Part shown: positions 1 to 10,268 of the stretch, piece after piece
Position numbering within the stretch: position 1 is the first letter of the stretch
How the letters are laid out: each line of letters opens with the position of its first letter
Assembly: GCA_032154175.1 (NCBI GenBank)
Contig: JALDYH010000009.1
Span: forward strand, 228 to 64,227
From: Sphingopyxis sp.
GTDB taxonomy: Bacteria > Pseudomonadota > Alphaproteobacteria > Sphingomonadales > Sphingomonadaceae
Reading direction: 5' to 3'
Length of the DNA: 64,000 bases
The notes under the pieces: generated by a model
What the model was told of the DNA's origin: nothing
What the model saw: only the letters and a program-made list of their open reading frames with translations
Database searches by the model: none
Position numbers and translations under genes: made by a program

Positions 1-1055
1 CGATCTTTCAGTCGACCAGCGATACCGAAGTCATCATTCACCTCGTCGCGACGTCGAGCTATCGCTCGCTGATCGACCGGTTCATCGATGCGCTGAAGCA
101 GGTGGAGGGCGCCTATTCGCTGATCTGCCTGACCGCTGAAGGCATGATCGGCTGCCGCGACCCGCTGGGTATCCGTCCGCTTGTGATCGGGAAACTCGGC
201 GATGCCCATATTCTCGCGTCGGAAACGGTCGCGCTTGACGTTGTCGGCGCGGAATTCGTCCGTTCGGTCGAGCCCGGCGAACTCGTCATCATTCGCGAAG
301 GTCAGCTGACCTCGCACCGGCCCTTCGCGGACCATGCGGCGCGTCCGTGCATCTTTGAATATGTCTATTTCTCGCGCCCCGATTCGATTGTCGACGGAAC
401 GAGCGTCTATTCGGTGCGCAAGGCAATCGGCGCCGAACTCGCGCGCGAGAATCCGGTCGATGCCGACCTCGTCATCCCGGTCCCCGATTCGGGAACGCCC
501 GCTGCGATCGGCTATGCGCAGGAATCGGGCATTCCGTTCGAGCTCGGGATCATTCGTTCGCACTATGTCGGGCGCACCTTCATCCAGCCGGGCGACAAAG
601 TCCGTCATCTCGGCGTCAAGCTGAAGCATAATGCCAACCGCGCACTGATCGCGGGCAAGCGCATCGTGCTCATCGACGATTCGATCGTGCGCGGTACCAC
701 AAGCCTGAAAATCGTGCAGATGATGCGCGATGCCGGCGCGACCGAGGTGCATATGCGCATCGCCAGCCCGCCGACCCAGCACAGCTGCTTTTACGGCGTC
801 GACACCCCCGAGCGCGCCAAATTGCTCGCGGCACAGATGAGTGTCGGCCAGATGGCGAATTTCATCAACGCCGACAGCCTTTCCTTCATTTCGATCGATG
901 GCCTCTATCGCGCGCTGGGCGAGGCAAAGCGCAGCGACGACGCGCCGCAATATTGCGACGCCTGCTTTACCGGCGACTATCCGACCACGCTGACCGATTT
1001 CGACGAGCATGGGCTGGAAGATCAATTTTCGTTGCTTGCCGAACGGGTTGTCTGA
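1..1055 (+). CDS. purF: amidophosphoribosyltransferase (5'-truncated by window edge)
   Basis: CIFEYVYFSRPDS, PVPDSG, PRPP-binding loop LIDDSIVRGTT, C-terminal YCDACFTGDYP. Confidence 0.97.
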   Translation, partial: IFQSTSDTEVIIHLVATSSYRSLIDRFIDALKQVEGAYSLICLTAEGMIGCRDPLGIRPLVIGKLGDAHILASETVALDVVGAEFVRSVEPGELVIIREGQLTSHRPFADHAARPCIFEYVYFSRPDSIVDGTSVYSVRKAIGAELARENPVDADLVIPVPDSGTPAAIGYAQESGIPFELGIIRSHYVGRTFIQPGDKVRHLGVKLKHNANRALIAGKRIVLIDDSIVRGTTSLKIVQMMRDAGATEVHMRIASPPTQHSCFYGVDTPERAKLLAAQMSVGQMANFINADSLSFISIDGLYRALGEAKRSDDAPQYCDACFTGDYPTTLTDFDEHGLEDQFSLLAERVV

Positions 1056-1059
1056 CATA

Positions 1060-1794
1060 ATGAATACGACGTCTAAAGACCTGGCGGGCCAGGTCGCGCT
1101 CGTCACCGGGGCGAGCCGCGGTATCGGTGAAGCGATCGCCGAATCGCTCGCGGCACGCGGCGCACATGTCGTGATCACCGCGCGCACCGCGGGCGGGCTC
1201 GAGGAACTCGAAGACCGCATCCACGAAGCCGGCGGCAGCGCGACGATCGCGCCGCTCGACCTGACCGACGGCGACAGCATCGCCCGCCTCGCAAGCGCGA
1301 TCGCCGAACGCTGGCAACAGCTCGACATGCTCGTGCTCAACGCCGCGATGCTCGGCACGCTGACCCCGGTCGCGGCGATCGACGGCAAGGAATTCAACAA
1401 GCTGCTGACGCTGAACCTGATAGCGCAGCAAGCACTGATCGCCAATTTCGACCCGCTGCTGCGCCGCGCGGCGAATGGCCGGCTGGTCGCGCTGTCGAGC
1501 AGCGTCGCACGCGAACCGCGCGCCTATTGGGGCGCCTATGCGGCGTCGAAGGCGGCGTTAGAAGCGCTCGTCACCAGCTATGGCGCCGAAATGCGCAATA
1601 TCTCGACCGTGCGCACCGCGATCCTCGACCCCGGCGGCACGCGCACGCAAATGCGCGCACGCGCCTACCCCGGCGAGGATCCGCAGAGCATCAAGGATCC
1701 CGCAGCGGTCGGCGAATTTGTCGCCAAGCTGATGGTCGAGGGATTCGACAGCACGGCTTTCCACGCGCTGCCCAAGGTCATGGAAAAAGCTTAA
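1060..1794 (+). CDS. short-chain dehydrogenase/reductase (YciK-like)
   Basis: TGASRGIG Rossmann motif, LNAA, YAASK; ATG at 1060 just after purF stop. Confidence 0.9.
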   Translation: MNTTSKDLAGQVALVTGASRGIGEAIAESLAARGAHVVITARTAGGLEELEDRIHEAGGSATIAPLDLTDGDSIARLASAIAERWQQLDMLVLNAAMLGTLTPVAAIDGKEFNKLLTLNLIAQQALIANFDPLLRRAANGRLVALSSSVAREPRAYWGAYAASKAALEALVTSYGAEMRNISTVRTAILDPGGTRTQMRARAYPGEDPQSIKDPAAVGEFVAKLMVEGFDSTAFHALPKVMEKA

Positions 1795-1853
1795 CGCCAT
1801 GTTCGTTTTCCTGCGCTAAGACCCTCGCATAAGAGGGTTTACGAGGGCGTGGA

Positions 1854-2240
1854 ATGACCAAGGATATTTTGCGGACGGCGATTGCCGCGGTGATCGGCAT
1901 CGTGGTCGCGTTCGGGCTGATCTGGCTCGCCCAATATGCCGGCAGCGAGATTTCGCCCGACGTCTATGATCCCGATAGCGGCGAAGTGCTGATCCCGATC
2001 GGATCCACGATCGCGCTGATCGTCGGCTGGTTTATCGGCACCTTTGGCGGCAGCTGGTTCGCCATGCGCATTTCGGCCGGCACCGGCGCGGGGTGGATCG
2101 TTGCGGGTTCGGTGATCGGCGCAGCGCTCTACCGCGCCGTCACGCTCGCCGACGCCTGGTGGATCATGGCGCTCGGTGTCGCCGTCCCGCTGGTAGCGGT
2201 GTGGCTGGCGCAGCGCGCGACGGCGACCGTCACCGACTAA
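1854..2240 (+). CDS. small hypothetical membrane protein (about 4 TM helices)
   Basis: 128-aa ORF with several hydrophobic segments and host-like codon use. Confidence 0.75.
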   Translation: MTKDILRTAIAAVIGIVVAFGLIWLAQYAGSEISPDVYDPDSGEVLIPIGSTIALIVGWFIGTFGGSWFAMRISAGTGAGWIVAGSVIGAALYRAVTLADAWWIMALGVAVPLVAVWLAQRATATVTD

Positions 2241-2243
2241 ACG

Positions 2244-2270
2244 GAAACGGGGCTTAGCGCCCCGCTTCCT
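2244..2270. terminator. hairpin between convergent genes, possible terminator
   Basis: ggaaacggggc-ttagc-gccccgcttcc imperfect inverted repeat. Confidence 0.4.
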
Positions 2271-3429
2271 TGTCCACAGCGGCCTGCACACTCTTGTAAA
2301 ACGCCTCGCGCGCCGCGCCGACGCCCTCGGGATCGGTCGCGGTCGGCCAGTTGCCGTTCGACGCGATCACCAGCTTGCGCTTCGGATCGATGAAGATGCC
2401 CTGCCCGAAAATGCCCTGCGCGGCGAAACTGCCGTCGTCGTTGGTCCACCATTGATAGCCATAGCCGCGCCCCGGCAGGTCAATCCCGGCCTGCTTCGTC
2501 GTCGCAGCGGGTAACCAGTCGTCGGGAAGCACCTTCTTGCCGCCCGCGACGCCGCCGTTCAGGATGAACTGGCCGAAGCGCGCATAATCCTTGAGGCTCG
2601 CCGACATGCAGCAACCGCTGATCTCATGCCCCGTCGCGCCGAGCATCCACACCGCGTCCTGCTCCATGCCGAACGGCTTCCAGACCTTTTCGGACAGATA
2701 GGCCGACAGCGTCTTGCCCGTCGCGCTCGACACCAGCACGCCGATCAGATTGGTCTCGCCGGTCTTGTACACCCACTTCGACCCCGCAGGCGCTTCGCGC
2801 GGCAAGGTCTTCATATAGCTGACCGTTATGTCCTCGCCGGCAACCGGCTTTTGCATGTTGAACAGGGCGACGTCCGACTTGGGATCGGTATAATCCTCGT
2901 TCCATTTGACGCCCGAAGTCATCGTCAGCAGTTGGCGGACGCTGACATCGTCATACGCCGAACCCTTGAGACCCGGGATATAGACAGTGACCTTATCGTC
3001 GAGGCTCTTGATATAACCGTCTTTCACCGCCGCACCGACGAGAGTCGAGGTGAAGCTCTTGGCGACCGAAAAGCTTGTCCAGCGGCCCGCCGCACTATAG
3101 CCGAGCGCATATTTTTCGAGCCGGATCTTGCCGTCCTGGACGATGATCAGCCCCGCATTGCGCTGCTTCGCCATATAGGCGTCGACGTCGGCATCCAGGT
3201 CGATCGGCTCGCCCTGCGGCAGCGGATAGACGGGACCACCCGCCTCGACCTTGTTCACCACCACCTTGGGGACGGTCTCCATCGTCCGGAAAGCGGCGTC
3301 GCGTTGATCCTGGGTCCAGAACAGCACATTCAGATCCTTTGGCAGTTGATCGGTCTTCTCGGTGGTCGCGGGCGCGCTACACCCCGCCGCCGCGGTGCAC
3401 AGCAGCACCGCCGCCAAAAATCTTCGCAT
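2254..3429 (-). CDS. serine hydrolase, beta-lactamase class C/NylB-like lipoprotein
   Basis: SxxK motif (SVAKS), LLTMTSG, YGYQWW; lipoprotein signal MRRFLAAVLLCTAAAGC. Confidence 0.9.
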   Translation of the reverse strand: MRRFLAAVLLCTAAAGCSAPATTEKTDQLPKDLNVLFWTQDQRDAAFRTMETVPKVVVNKVEAGGPVYPLPQGEPIDLDADVDAYMAKQRNAGLIIVQDGKIRLEKYALGYSAAGRWTSFSVAKSFTSTLVGAAVKDGYIKSLDDKVTVYIPGLKGSAYDDVSVRQLLTMTSGVKWNEDYTDPKSDVALFNMQKPVAGEDITVSYMKTLPREAPAGSKWVYKTGETNLIGVLVSSATGKTLSAYLSEKVWKPFGMEQDAVWMLGATGHEISGCCMSASLKDYARFGQFILNGGVAGGKKVLPDDWLPAATTKQAGIDLPGRGYGYQWWTNDDGSFAAQGIFGQGIFIDPKRKLVIASNGNWPTATDPEGVGAAREAFYKSVQAAVDKEAGR

Positions 3430-3445
3430 GCTTCTCTCCCCTTTT

Positions 3446-4726
3446 TCAGGCTGTCTTTTCGAGTGTGACTTGCGCGACGTCGATACCGCCGCCGCGAAAG
3501 CCGCCTTCGCAATATTGCAGATAATAACGCCAGAGCCGGACGAACCGCGCATCGAACCCCGACGGAAGCTGGTCCGCCGCAACCGCGGCGTCGAAGCGTT
3601 CGCGCCACTGGCGGAGCGTTTCGGCATAGTCGCCGCCGAACCGCGCCACGTCGCGCCACGCAAGGCCGCGCGCCTCGGCGAGCGCGCGAAAGCGGCTTTC
3701 CGAAATCAGGCAGCCGCCCGGGAAGATATAGGCCTGGATGAAATCGCTGCTGGCGGCATAGCGCTCGAACAAGGCATCGTTGATCAATATATACTGGATC
3801 GCCGCCTTCCCGCCCGGACGGAGCAGCCGCGCGATGGCATCGAGATAGGCGGGCCAATAGGCTTCACCCACCGCTTCGACCATCTCGACGCTGGCGATCG
3901 CATCATACGGCCCCTGTGCGTCGCGATAGTCGCAGATTTCGATGCGCGAGCGATCCGACAGATCGACCGCCGCGAGCCGCGCGTCGGCGATTTCGGCCTG
4001 TGCGGGCGACAGGGTGATGCCGGTATAAAGAACATCGTGGCGTTCGACCGCGCGCTCGGCGAGCGCCCCCCAGCCGCAGCCGATCTCGAGCAGCCGGCTT
4101 CCCGACCTGAGGTCGAGCCGGTCGAGAATCGCATCGACCTTTGCCGCCTGCGCCTCCTCCAGCGACTGGCCGGGATCGGTGAACAAGGCACTCGAATAAT
4201 TCATGCTTGGGTCGAGCCACAAGCGATAGAAATCATTGCCCAAATCATAGTGGGCGTGGATGTTCCGCTTCGCGCCGCGCCGGTCGTTGCGATGGAGCGC
4301 GTGGATCGCCTTGTTCAGCCAGCGCCACGGACCATGCGCGCGCGCGACATTGCCCAATGCTTCGCCGTTGCGCATGAACAGGTCGAACAGGGGTACCGGA
4401 TCGGGCGACGACCATTCACCGGCTTCCCATGCGCGGTACCACCCCACGGAGCCCGACAGCGCGAGCCGCGCGAGTGAGGCCCAACTGTGGAGGTCGACGA
4501 CTGCGACCGGTCCCTTGCCGCGGCCTCCGAGCAGGCGCACGCTGCCGTCGGGCAAATGGCTCTCGATCGTGCCTTGTGCGAGCCCTGCGTCGATCCGGTC
4601 GAGCATGCGGTGGAACAGGCTCGCGGGCGCCAGCGCGATCAGCCGCGCCATCGCACCGCCCGAGCGATAGGCACGGTCGGCGCGGAGCAGTTCCTTACCG
4701 CGGCGCGGGCTGACATGCGTGTTCAT
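3446..4726 (-). CDS. cfa: cyclopropane-fatty-acyl-phospholipid synthase family methyltransferase
   Basis: NIHAHYDLGNDFY, LEIGCGWG, SVEMVEAVG, YIFPGG, YYLQYCEGGF. Confidence 0.93.
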   Translation of the reverse strand: MNTHVSPRRGKELLRADRAYRSGGAMARLIALAPASLFHRMLDRIDAGLAQGTIESHLPDGSVRLLGGRGKGPVAVVDLHSWASLARLALSGSVGWYRAWEAGEWSSPDPVPLFDLFMRNGEALGNVARAHGPWRWLNKAIHALHRNDRRGAKRNIHAHYDLGNDFYRLWLDPSMNYSSALFTDPGQSLEEAQAAKVDAILDRLDLRSGSRLLEIGCGWGALAERAVERHDVLYTGITLSPAQAEIADARLAAVDLSDRSRIEICDYRDAQGPYDAIASVEMVEAVGEAYWPAYLDAIARLLRPGGKAAIQYILINDALFERYAASSDFIQAYIFPGGCLISESRFRALAEARGLAWRDVARFGGDYAETLRQWRERFDAAVAADQLPSGFDARFVRLWRYYLQYCEGGFRGGGIDVAQVTLEKTA

Positions 4727-4801
4727 TACTGCCTTCCTGCCTCAAACCGGGTCCGCTGACAATCGGTTGAAGCGCGGCGCCATGACGTCACGCGGGCGCA
4801 C

Positions 4802-5755
4802 TCATTCGGGATGGCTCGCGGTGTCGGGCGCGGTCAGGCGAACCTGGAACCGGTCCTGCGCGAGCGGGTGCATGAAACGCTGGTCGCGCAGCACGATCGC
4901 ATCGCCATCCTTCTGCGCCACCGGCATTCGCGACCAGAAGAGGAAAGCGCGCGCTACGGGGTCGGCCTTGACCCAGGCTGCGAGGCGCGGATCGTCCATG
5001 CCGGTCGGTGCGCCGGTCAGGTCGACATCGCCGCCGACCCCCGGAATGAAGCTTGCCGTGCCGTAGCGGTCGGCGGTTCGCCAGAATATGTCGCGTTTCC
5101 AGAAGGCGAGCGGCGGCGGGCTCGCGACGACCAGCGCGCCGCGACGGCCGCCTGCCTCCAGCGACTCCAACGCCATGCGCTCGGCGGCGCTGGTGATGAG
5201 GCCGTTTGCGAAGATATAGGCGCACACCGCCGTGAAGCCGATCCACGCCGGGCGCCGCCAGTTCGCCGCCCCGCGCCGTTCGCCGCGGAGCGACAGCCAG
5301 ACCGACACGGCGAGCGCGATCCATATCCACAGGTCGATGATGAAGATGCTGTCGCCATAGAACCAGCGATGGCTGAACGGTTCGAGCAGGCGGATGCCGT
5401 AATTGTTGAGCCAGTCGAGCGCCGGGTGGCTGAAGCAGCCGATGCAGGCGAGCGCGAGCAGCCAGCCCTTGTGAACCGGAAGACGTCCCGCGGGTCGCTT
5501 GCCCCGCCGCTCCTGCCATCGGTCGAAGGCGAGCATCAATCCCCACAGCAGGATCGGCAGCAGGATCAGCGCGATCGGCCCGTGCGTGATCCCGCGCCGC
5601 ATCGACAGCGACTCGATCCCGTAGATCGCGCAGCCGGCATCGATATCGGGCAGGTTCGCCGCGATGATCAGCGTCGGGATCGCCAGCCCGGTCTTTTTCT
5701 TGAGCCCCATCTGGCCAAGAACCGCGCCGACGAGGCTGTGCGTCAGATTATCCAT
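4802..5755 (-). CDS. membrane metal-dependent hydrolase (YdjM family)
   Basis: MDNLTHSL, NLPDID, RGITH, SHPALDWLNNYG. Confidence 0.85.
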   Translation of the reverse strand: MDNLTHSLVGAVLGQMGLKKKTGLAIPTLIIAANLPDIDAGCAIYGIESLSMRRGITHGPIALILLPILLWGLMLAFDRWQERRGKRPAGRLPVHKGWLLALACIGCFSHPALDWLNNYGIRLLEPFSHRWFYGDSIFIIDLWIWIALAVSVWLSLRGERRGAANWRRPAWIGFTAVCAYIFANGLITSAAERMALESLEAGGRRGALVVASPPPLAFWKRDIFWRTADRYGTASFIPGVGGDVDLTGAPTGMDDPRLAAWVKADPVARAFLFWSRMPVAQKDGDAIVLRDQRFMHPLAQDRFQVRLTAPDTASHPE

Positions 5756-5767
5756 CGTGGCGGAGGA

Positions 5768-6805
5768 TCAGAGTTCGGGTCCGTCCTCGGTCACCGTCCA
5801 GGTCTGCCCTTTCTTGAGCAGGCTCTGCAGGTCGGCTGTCTTGCCCTCGGCCGCCGCCTTGTTCTGGCGGACGACATCGGCCTCGAAGGTCGGGCGCGGA
5901 TCGTCGTAGAGGACGCCCAATGCCATCGGGAATTCGCCGAAACGCATCTCGACGAGCATATGCGCGACGCTGCGATTGGTGACGTCGTGGACGATCACGC
6001 CCGCGGCCTGCCAGTCGCCGTCGACGACATCGACGGTCTTGAGGTGCAGCGCCTCGGCGTCGAGCGCGATGCCCTTGGTGCCCTTGGCGTAGAGCATCGG
6101 TTCGCCTTGCTTGAGCCAGAGCTGGCGGTCCTCGGCGCCCTTTGGCGCGGCAAAATCCTCGAACACGTCTTTATTATAGACGATACAGTTCTGAAAAATC
6201 TCTATAAAAGCCGCGCCCTTGTGCGCATGCGCCGCCTTCAGGACATTCGGCAATTCCTTCGACACGTCGAAGCCGCGCGCGACGAAGCGCGCGCCGGCGC
6301 CGAGCGCGAAGGCGGCGGGCTGCGCCGGCCGGTCTACCGAACCATAGGGCGTCGACGGGCTGGTCGTGCCGACGCGGCTCGTCGGCGAATATTGCCCCTT
6401 GGTCAGGCCATAGATCTCGTTGTTGAACAGCATGATCTGGCAATCGAGATTGCGGCGGATCAGGTGCATCGTGTGGTTGCCGCCGATCGACAGCCCGTCG
6501 CCGTCGCCGGTGACGATCCATACGTCGAGGTTCGGGTTGGCAAGCTTCAGCCCCGTCGCAAACGCCGGCGCGCGGCCGTGAATCGTATGGAAGCCGTAGG
6601 TTTCCATATAATAGGGGAAACGCGACGAGCAGCCGATGCCGCTGATGAACACGGTATTCTCGGGCGCGGTGCCGATTTCGGGCATCGTACGCTGTACCGC
6701 CTTCAGGATCGCATAGTCGCCGCAACCGGGGCACCAGCGGACTTCCTGATCGGTTTCCCAATCCTTGAGCGTCGTCGTCCGCGCGATGGTCGTCATCTCG
6801 TTCAC
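5768..6805 (-). CDS. korB: 2-oxoacid:ferredoxin oxidoreductase beta subunit
   Basis: WCPGCGD, SGIGCSSR, HGRA, TPP motif GDGD...NNEIYGLTKGQYSPT. Confidence 0.95.
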   Translation of the reverse strand: MNEMTTIARTTTLKDWETDQEVRWCPGCGDYAILKAVQRTMPEIGTAPENTVFISGIGCSSRFPYYMETYGFHTIHGRAPAFATGLKLANPNLDVWIVTGDGDGLSIGGNHTMHLIRRNLDCQIMLFNNEIYGLTKGQYSPTSRVGTTSPSTPYGSVDRPAQPAAFALGAGARFVARGFDVSKELPNVLKAAHAHKGAAFIEIFQNCIVYNKDVFEDFAAPKGAEDRQLWLKQGEPMLYAKGTKGIALDAEALHLKTVDVVDGDWQAAGVIVHDVTNRSVAHMLVEMRFGEFPMALGVLYDDPRPTFEADVVRQNKAAAEGKTADLQSLLKKGQTWTVTEDGPEL

Positions 6806-8664
6806 TTGAGTGCCTCCTCGATGGCGGCTTCGATTTCGGCGATGGTGAAGGGCTGGCCCGACACCTTGTTCACCGGCCTGGCGTCGACCAGATACTGGTC
6901 GCGCAGCACGGTCTTCAATTGCCCGGTGTTCATTTCGGGCACGATCACCTTGTCATAGCTCTTGAGCAGCTCGCCAAGATTGGCGGGCAGCGGCCAGATA
7001 TGGCGGATATGGACGTGGCTGACGTCGAGACCCTCGGCGCGCTTGCGGCGCACCGCCTGATGGATCGGCCCGAAGGTCGAGCCCCAGCCGACGACCGCGA
7101 GCCTGCCGCCCTCGGCACCCAGTTCGACGATCTGGTCGGGAACCTTGATGCCATCGACCTTGTCCTTGCGGATATCGGTCATCGCCTGATGATTTTCAGG
7201 GGCGTAATTGATGTGCCCGGTATCGAGTTCCTTCTCGATCCCGCCGATGCGATGGAGCAGATCGGGCGTGCCGGGCTTTACCCACGGGCGCTTGAGCTTT
7301 TCGTCGCGACCATAGGGCTTGAACCCGCCCTCGGGCACTTCAGTCAGGAATTCGACCGGGAAAGCCTCATAGGTGGTGAGGTCGGGCACCGCCCAGGGTT
7401 CGGCCGCGTTGGCGATATAGCCGTCGGTCAGCAGCATCACCGGGGTCATATATTGCACCGCGATGCGCACTGCCTCGATCGCGCATTCGAACGCGTCGCC
7501 GGGCGAGCGCGCGGCGATCACCGGCATCGGTGCGTCGCCGTTGCGGCCATAGACCGCCTGATACAGGTCCGATTGCTCGGTCTTGGTCGGCAGGCCCGTC
7601 GAAGGCCCCCCGCGCTGCGAATTGACGATGACGAGCGGCAGCTCGGTCATGATCGCAAGCCCCATCGCCTCGCCCTTCAGCGCGATGCCGGGTCCCGACG
7701 AACTGGTGACGCCGAGCGAGCCCGCATAGCTCGCCCCGATCGCCGAGCAGATAGCGGCGATTTCGTCCTCGGCCTGAAAGGTCGTGACGTCATATTCCTT
7801 GAGCCGCGAGAGGTGATGCAGGATCGCCGAGGCGGGCGTGATCGGGTAGCCGCCGAAGAACATCGGCAGTTTGGCGAGCTGCGCCCCCGCAACGAGGCCG
7901 AGCGCGATGCCCTCGGCGCCGGTCAGCGTGCGATAGAGCCCGGGCGCCACCGGGGCGGGATCGACATGATGCTGCTTGAGCGGCCCCGCGAGCTCGGCGG
8001 TCTCGCCATAGGCATGCCCCGCATTGAGCGCGGCGACGTTGGCGGCGGCGAGATCGGGCGCTTTCGCGAACTTCGCGTTGAGCCAGTCGATCAGCGGCTG
8101 GCGATCGCGGTCGAACATCCAGAGCGCGAGCCCCAGCGTCCACATATTCTTGCAGCGCAGCGCCTCCTTGTTGCCGAGGCCGAAGGGCTTCACGGCATCC
8201 ATCGTCAGCTGGCTGATGTTGAGCTTGAGCAACTGCCATTTAGCGAGGCTGCCGTCGTCGAGCGGGTTCGCCTCATATTTCGCCTTGGCGAGATTGCGGT
8301 CGTTGAACTCGCCCTCGTCGGCGATGATGAGGCCGCCCGGCTTCAATTGCGGCACATTGGTCTTGAGCGCCGCCGGGTTCATCGCGACGAGCACGTCGGG
8401 GGCGTCGCCCGCGGTGTCGATCGCCGACGAACCGAAATTGATCTGGAACGCCGAAACCCCGAACAACGTGCCCTGCGGCGCACGGATTTCGGCAGGAAAA
8501 TCGGGGAAGGTAGCGAAGTCGTTGCCCGCAAGCGCCGACGACAGGGTAAACTGACCGCCGGTCAACTGCATCCCGTCGCCGCTATCGCCGGCAAATCGTA
8601 CCACCACTGCATCCGAAAGGGGGGACTGCCGTTTGTCGGCCTGGTCCACTACCGCTGTCGCCAT
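6802..8664 (-). CDS. korA: 2-oxoacid:ferredoxin oxidoreductase alpha subunit (fused gamma domain)
   Basis: FAGDSGDGMQ, YPITPAS, QAEDEIA, QRGGPSTGLPTKTEQSD. Confidence 0.95.
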   Translation of the reverse strand: MATAVVDQADKRQSPLSDAVVVRFAGDSGDGMQLTGGQFTLSSALAGNDFATFPDFPAEIRAPQGTLFGVSAFQINFGSSAIDTAGDAPDVLVAMNPAALKTNVPQLKPGGLIIADEGEFNDRNLAKAKYEANPLDDGSLAKWQLLKLNISQLTMDAVKPFGLGNKEALRCKNMWTLGLALWMFDRDRQPLIDWLNAKFAKAPDLAAANVAALNAGHAYGETAELAGPLKQHHVDPAPVAPGLYRTLTGAEGIALGLVAGAQLAKLPMFFGGYPITPASAILHHLSRLKEYDVTTFQAEDEIAAICSAIGASYAGSLGVTSSSGPGIALKGEAMGLAIMTELPLVIVNSQRGGPSTGLPTKTEQSDLYQAVYGRNGDAPMPVIAARSPGDAFECAIEAVRIAVQYMTPVMLLTDGYIANAAEPWAVPDLTTYEAFPVEFLTEVPEGGFKPYGRDEKLKRPWVKPGTPDLLHRIGGIEKELDTGHINYAPENHQAMTDIRKDKVDGIKVPDQIVELGAEGGRLAVVGWGSTFGPIHQAVRRKRAEGLDVSHVHIRHIWPLPANLGELLKSYDKVIVPEMNTGQLKTVLRDQYLVDARPVNKVSGQPFTIAEIEAAIEEALK

Positions 8665-8847
8665 CGTCTCTTCTGCCTCAATCTTGCGAACCTGTGACAT
8701 CGGCCTAGGCCTGTGGGCGCGATGCCGCAATTGAGAAAAAATTGTGCGCCGCAAAGGGCGAAGCACAGGTGAGTTTCATTTCGGGATTGAGTTTACCCCG
8801 GCGATACCGAATAGCATGGTGAAAACAGCGATGAGGGAGAGACGCAG

Positions 8848-9795
8848 ATGACCGACGGCACCACCCATTTTACGCGCCCCGACGTGGCGGCTTTCCTTGC
8901 CTTCCTGAACGCACAGGAAGGTCCGAAGATGGAAGAGATGCCGGCCGAGGGCGCGCGCGAGATGTTCCGCGTAATGGGCCAGCTTGCCGACGTGCCGCGC
9001 GGCGACATCGCGCATGTCGAGGATCGCACGATCCCCGGCCCCGCCGGCGACATCGGGGTCCGCATCTATGACAACCGTCCGGACCGCGAAACCGGCCCGG
9101 TCATGGTCTTCTATCACGGCGGCGGCTGGGTAATCGGCGATCTCGACACCCACGATCCCTATTGCGCCGAAGCCGCGCGGTTGCTCGACATGCCGGTGAT
9201 CGCGGTCGACTATCGCCTCGCGCCCGAACATCCCTTCCCCGCCGCACCGATCGATTGCGAAGCCGCGACGCGCTGGGTCGCCGACAACATCCCCTGCACC
9301 GGACTTGTGCTCTCGGGCGAAAGCGCCGGGGGCAATTTGACGATCGCCACTGCGCTCGCGCTGCGCGACAAACCCGCTTCGAAGCCGGTGATCGCAATTC
9401 ATCCGATCTATCCCGCGGTGACGACGCACGACGATTGGCAAAGCTATCGCGATTTCGGCGAAGGCCATCTACTGACGACGGGCAGCATGACCTGGTTCGG
9501 TAATCACTATGCCGCCGACCCCGCCGATTACCGCGCTTCGCCGCTCGATTTCCCGGCCGAGGGCCTCCCCCCCACCCTGCTGATCACCGCCGGCCTCGAC
9601 CCGCTACGCGACCAGGGCCGCGCCTATGCCGCAAAGCTGATCGAGGCCGGGGTGCCCACCACCTATCGCGAGGCGACGGGCACGATCCACGGCTATATCA
9701 ACCTGTCGCAAGGCATCCCCAGCGCCAAAGAAGATATTCGCGGGGCATTGACCGTATTGAAAGCGATCGTTGCCGAAGCTACCGGGGCGGCATGA
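8848..9795 (+). CDS. alpha/beta hydrolase, HSL-family esterase/lipase
   Basis: HGGGW, YRLAPEHPFP, GESAGG nucleophile elbow, DPLRD, HG. Confidence 0.92.
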   Translation: MTDGTTHFTRPDVAAFLAFLNAQEGPKMEEMPAEGAREMFRVMGQLADVPRGDIAHVEDRTIPGPAGDIGVRIYDNRPDRETGPVMVFYHGGGWVIGDLDTHDPYCAEAARLLDMPVIAVDYRLAPEHPFPAAPIDCEAATRWVADNIPCTGLVLSGESAGGNLTIATALALRDKPASKPVIAIHPIYPAVTTHDDWQSYRDFGEGHLLTTGSMTWFGNHYAADPADYRASPLDFPAEGLPPTLLITAGLDPLRDQGRAYAAKLIEAGVPTTYREATGTIHGYINLSQGIPSAKEDIRGALTVLKAIVAEATGAA

Positions 9796-10268
9796 TCGAC
9801 CATAGCTCTCTCCCCTACCGCCCCTGCGCAGGCGTTATGCTCGCCAACCGCGACGGCCGCATCTTCGTCGGCCAGCGGCTCGATACCACGACCGAAGCCT
9901 GGCAGATGCCGCAGGGCGGGATCGACGATGGCGAAGATGCCGAGGAAGCGGCGATCCGCGAACTCGGCGAGGAAACCGGCGTCCATGGCGGACTGGTCGA
10001 GATCATCGCGCGCGGCCGCGAGGAATATTTCTATGACCTGCCCGATCATCTGATCGGCAAGATGTGGGGCGGCAAATATCGCGGCCAGCGCCAGCACTGG
10101 TTCCTGATGCGGTTCATGGGCGAGGACAGCGACGTCAACATCCATACCGACCATCAGGAATTCCGCGCGTGGAAATGGGCCGAGCTGAAAGAGATCGAGA
10201 AACTGATCGTCCCTTTCAAGCGCGCGCTCTATCGCGGGCTGGTCGAGGAATTCGGCCCGCTCGTCTGA
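9792..10268 (+). CDS. rppH: RNA pyrophosphohydrolase (Nudix)
   Basis: YRPCAG, WQMPQGGID, RELGEETG Nudix box, YRGQRQHWF, IVPFKR. Confidence 0.95.
   Translation: MIDHSSLPYRPCAGVMLANRDGRIFVGQRLDTTTEAWQMPQGGIDDGEDAEEAAIRELGEETGVHGGLVEIIARGREEYFYDLPDHLIGKMWGGKYRGQRQHWFLMRFMGEDSDVNIHTDHQEFRAWKWAELKEIEKLIVPFKRALYRGLVEEFGPLV

Noticed and set aside
4811-8697. Long plus-strand ORFs (715 aa, 592 aa) opposite korAB
   Set aside because: Antisense shadows typical of high-GC coding DNA; no motifs, and the opposite strand holds clear genes.
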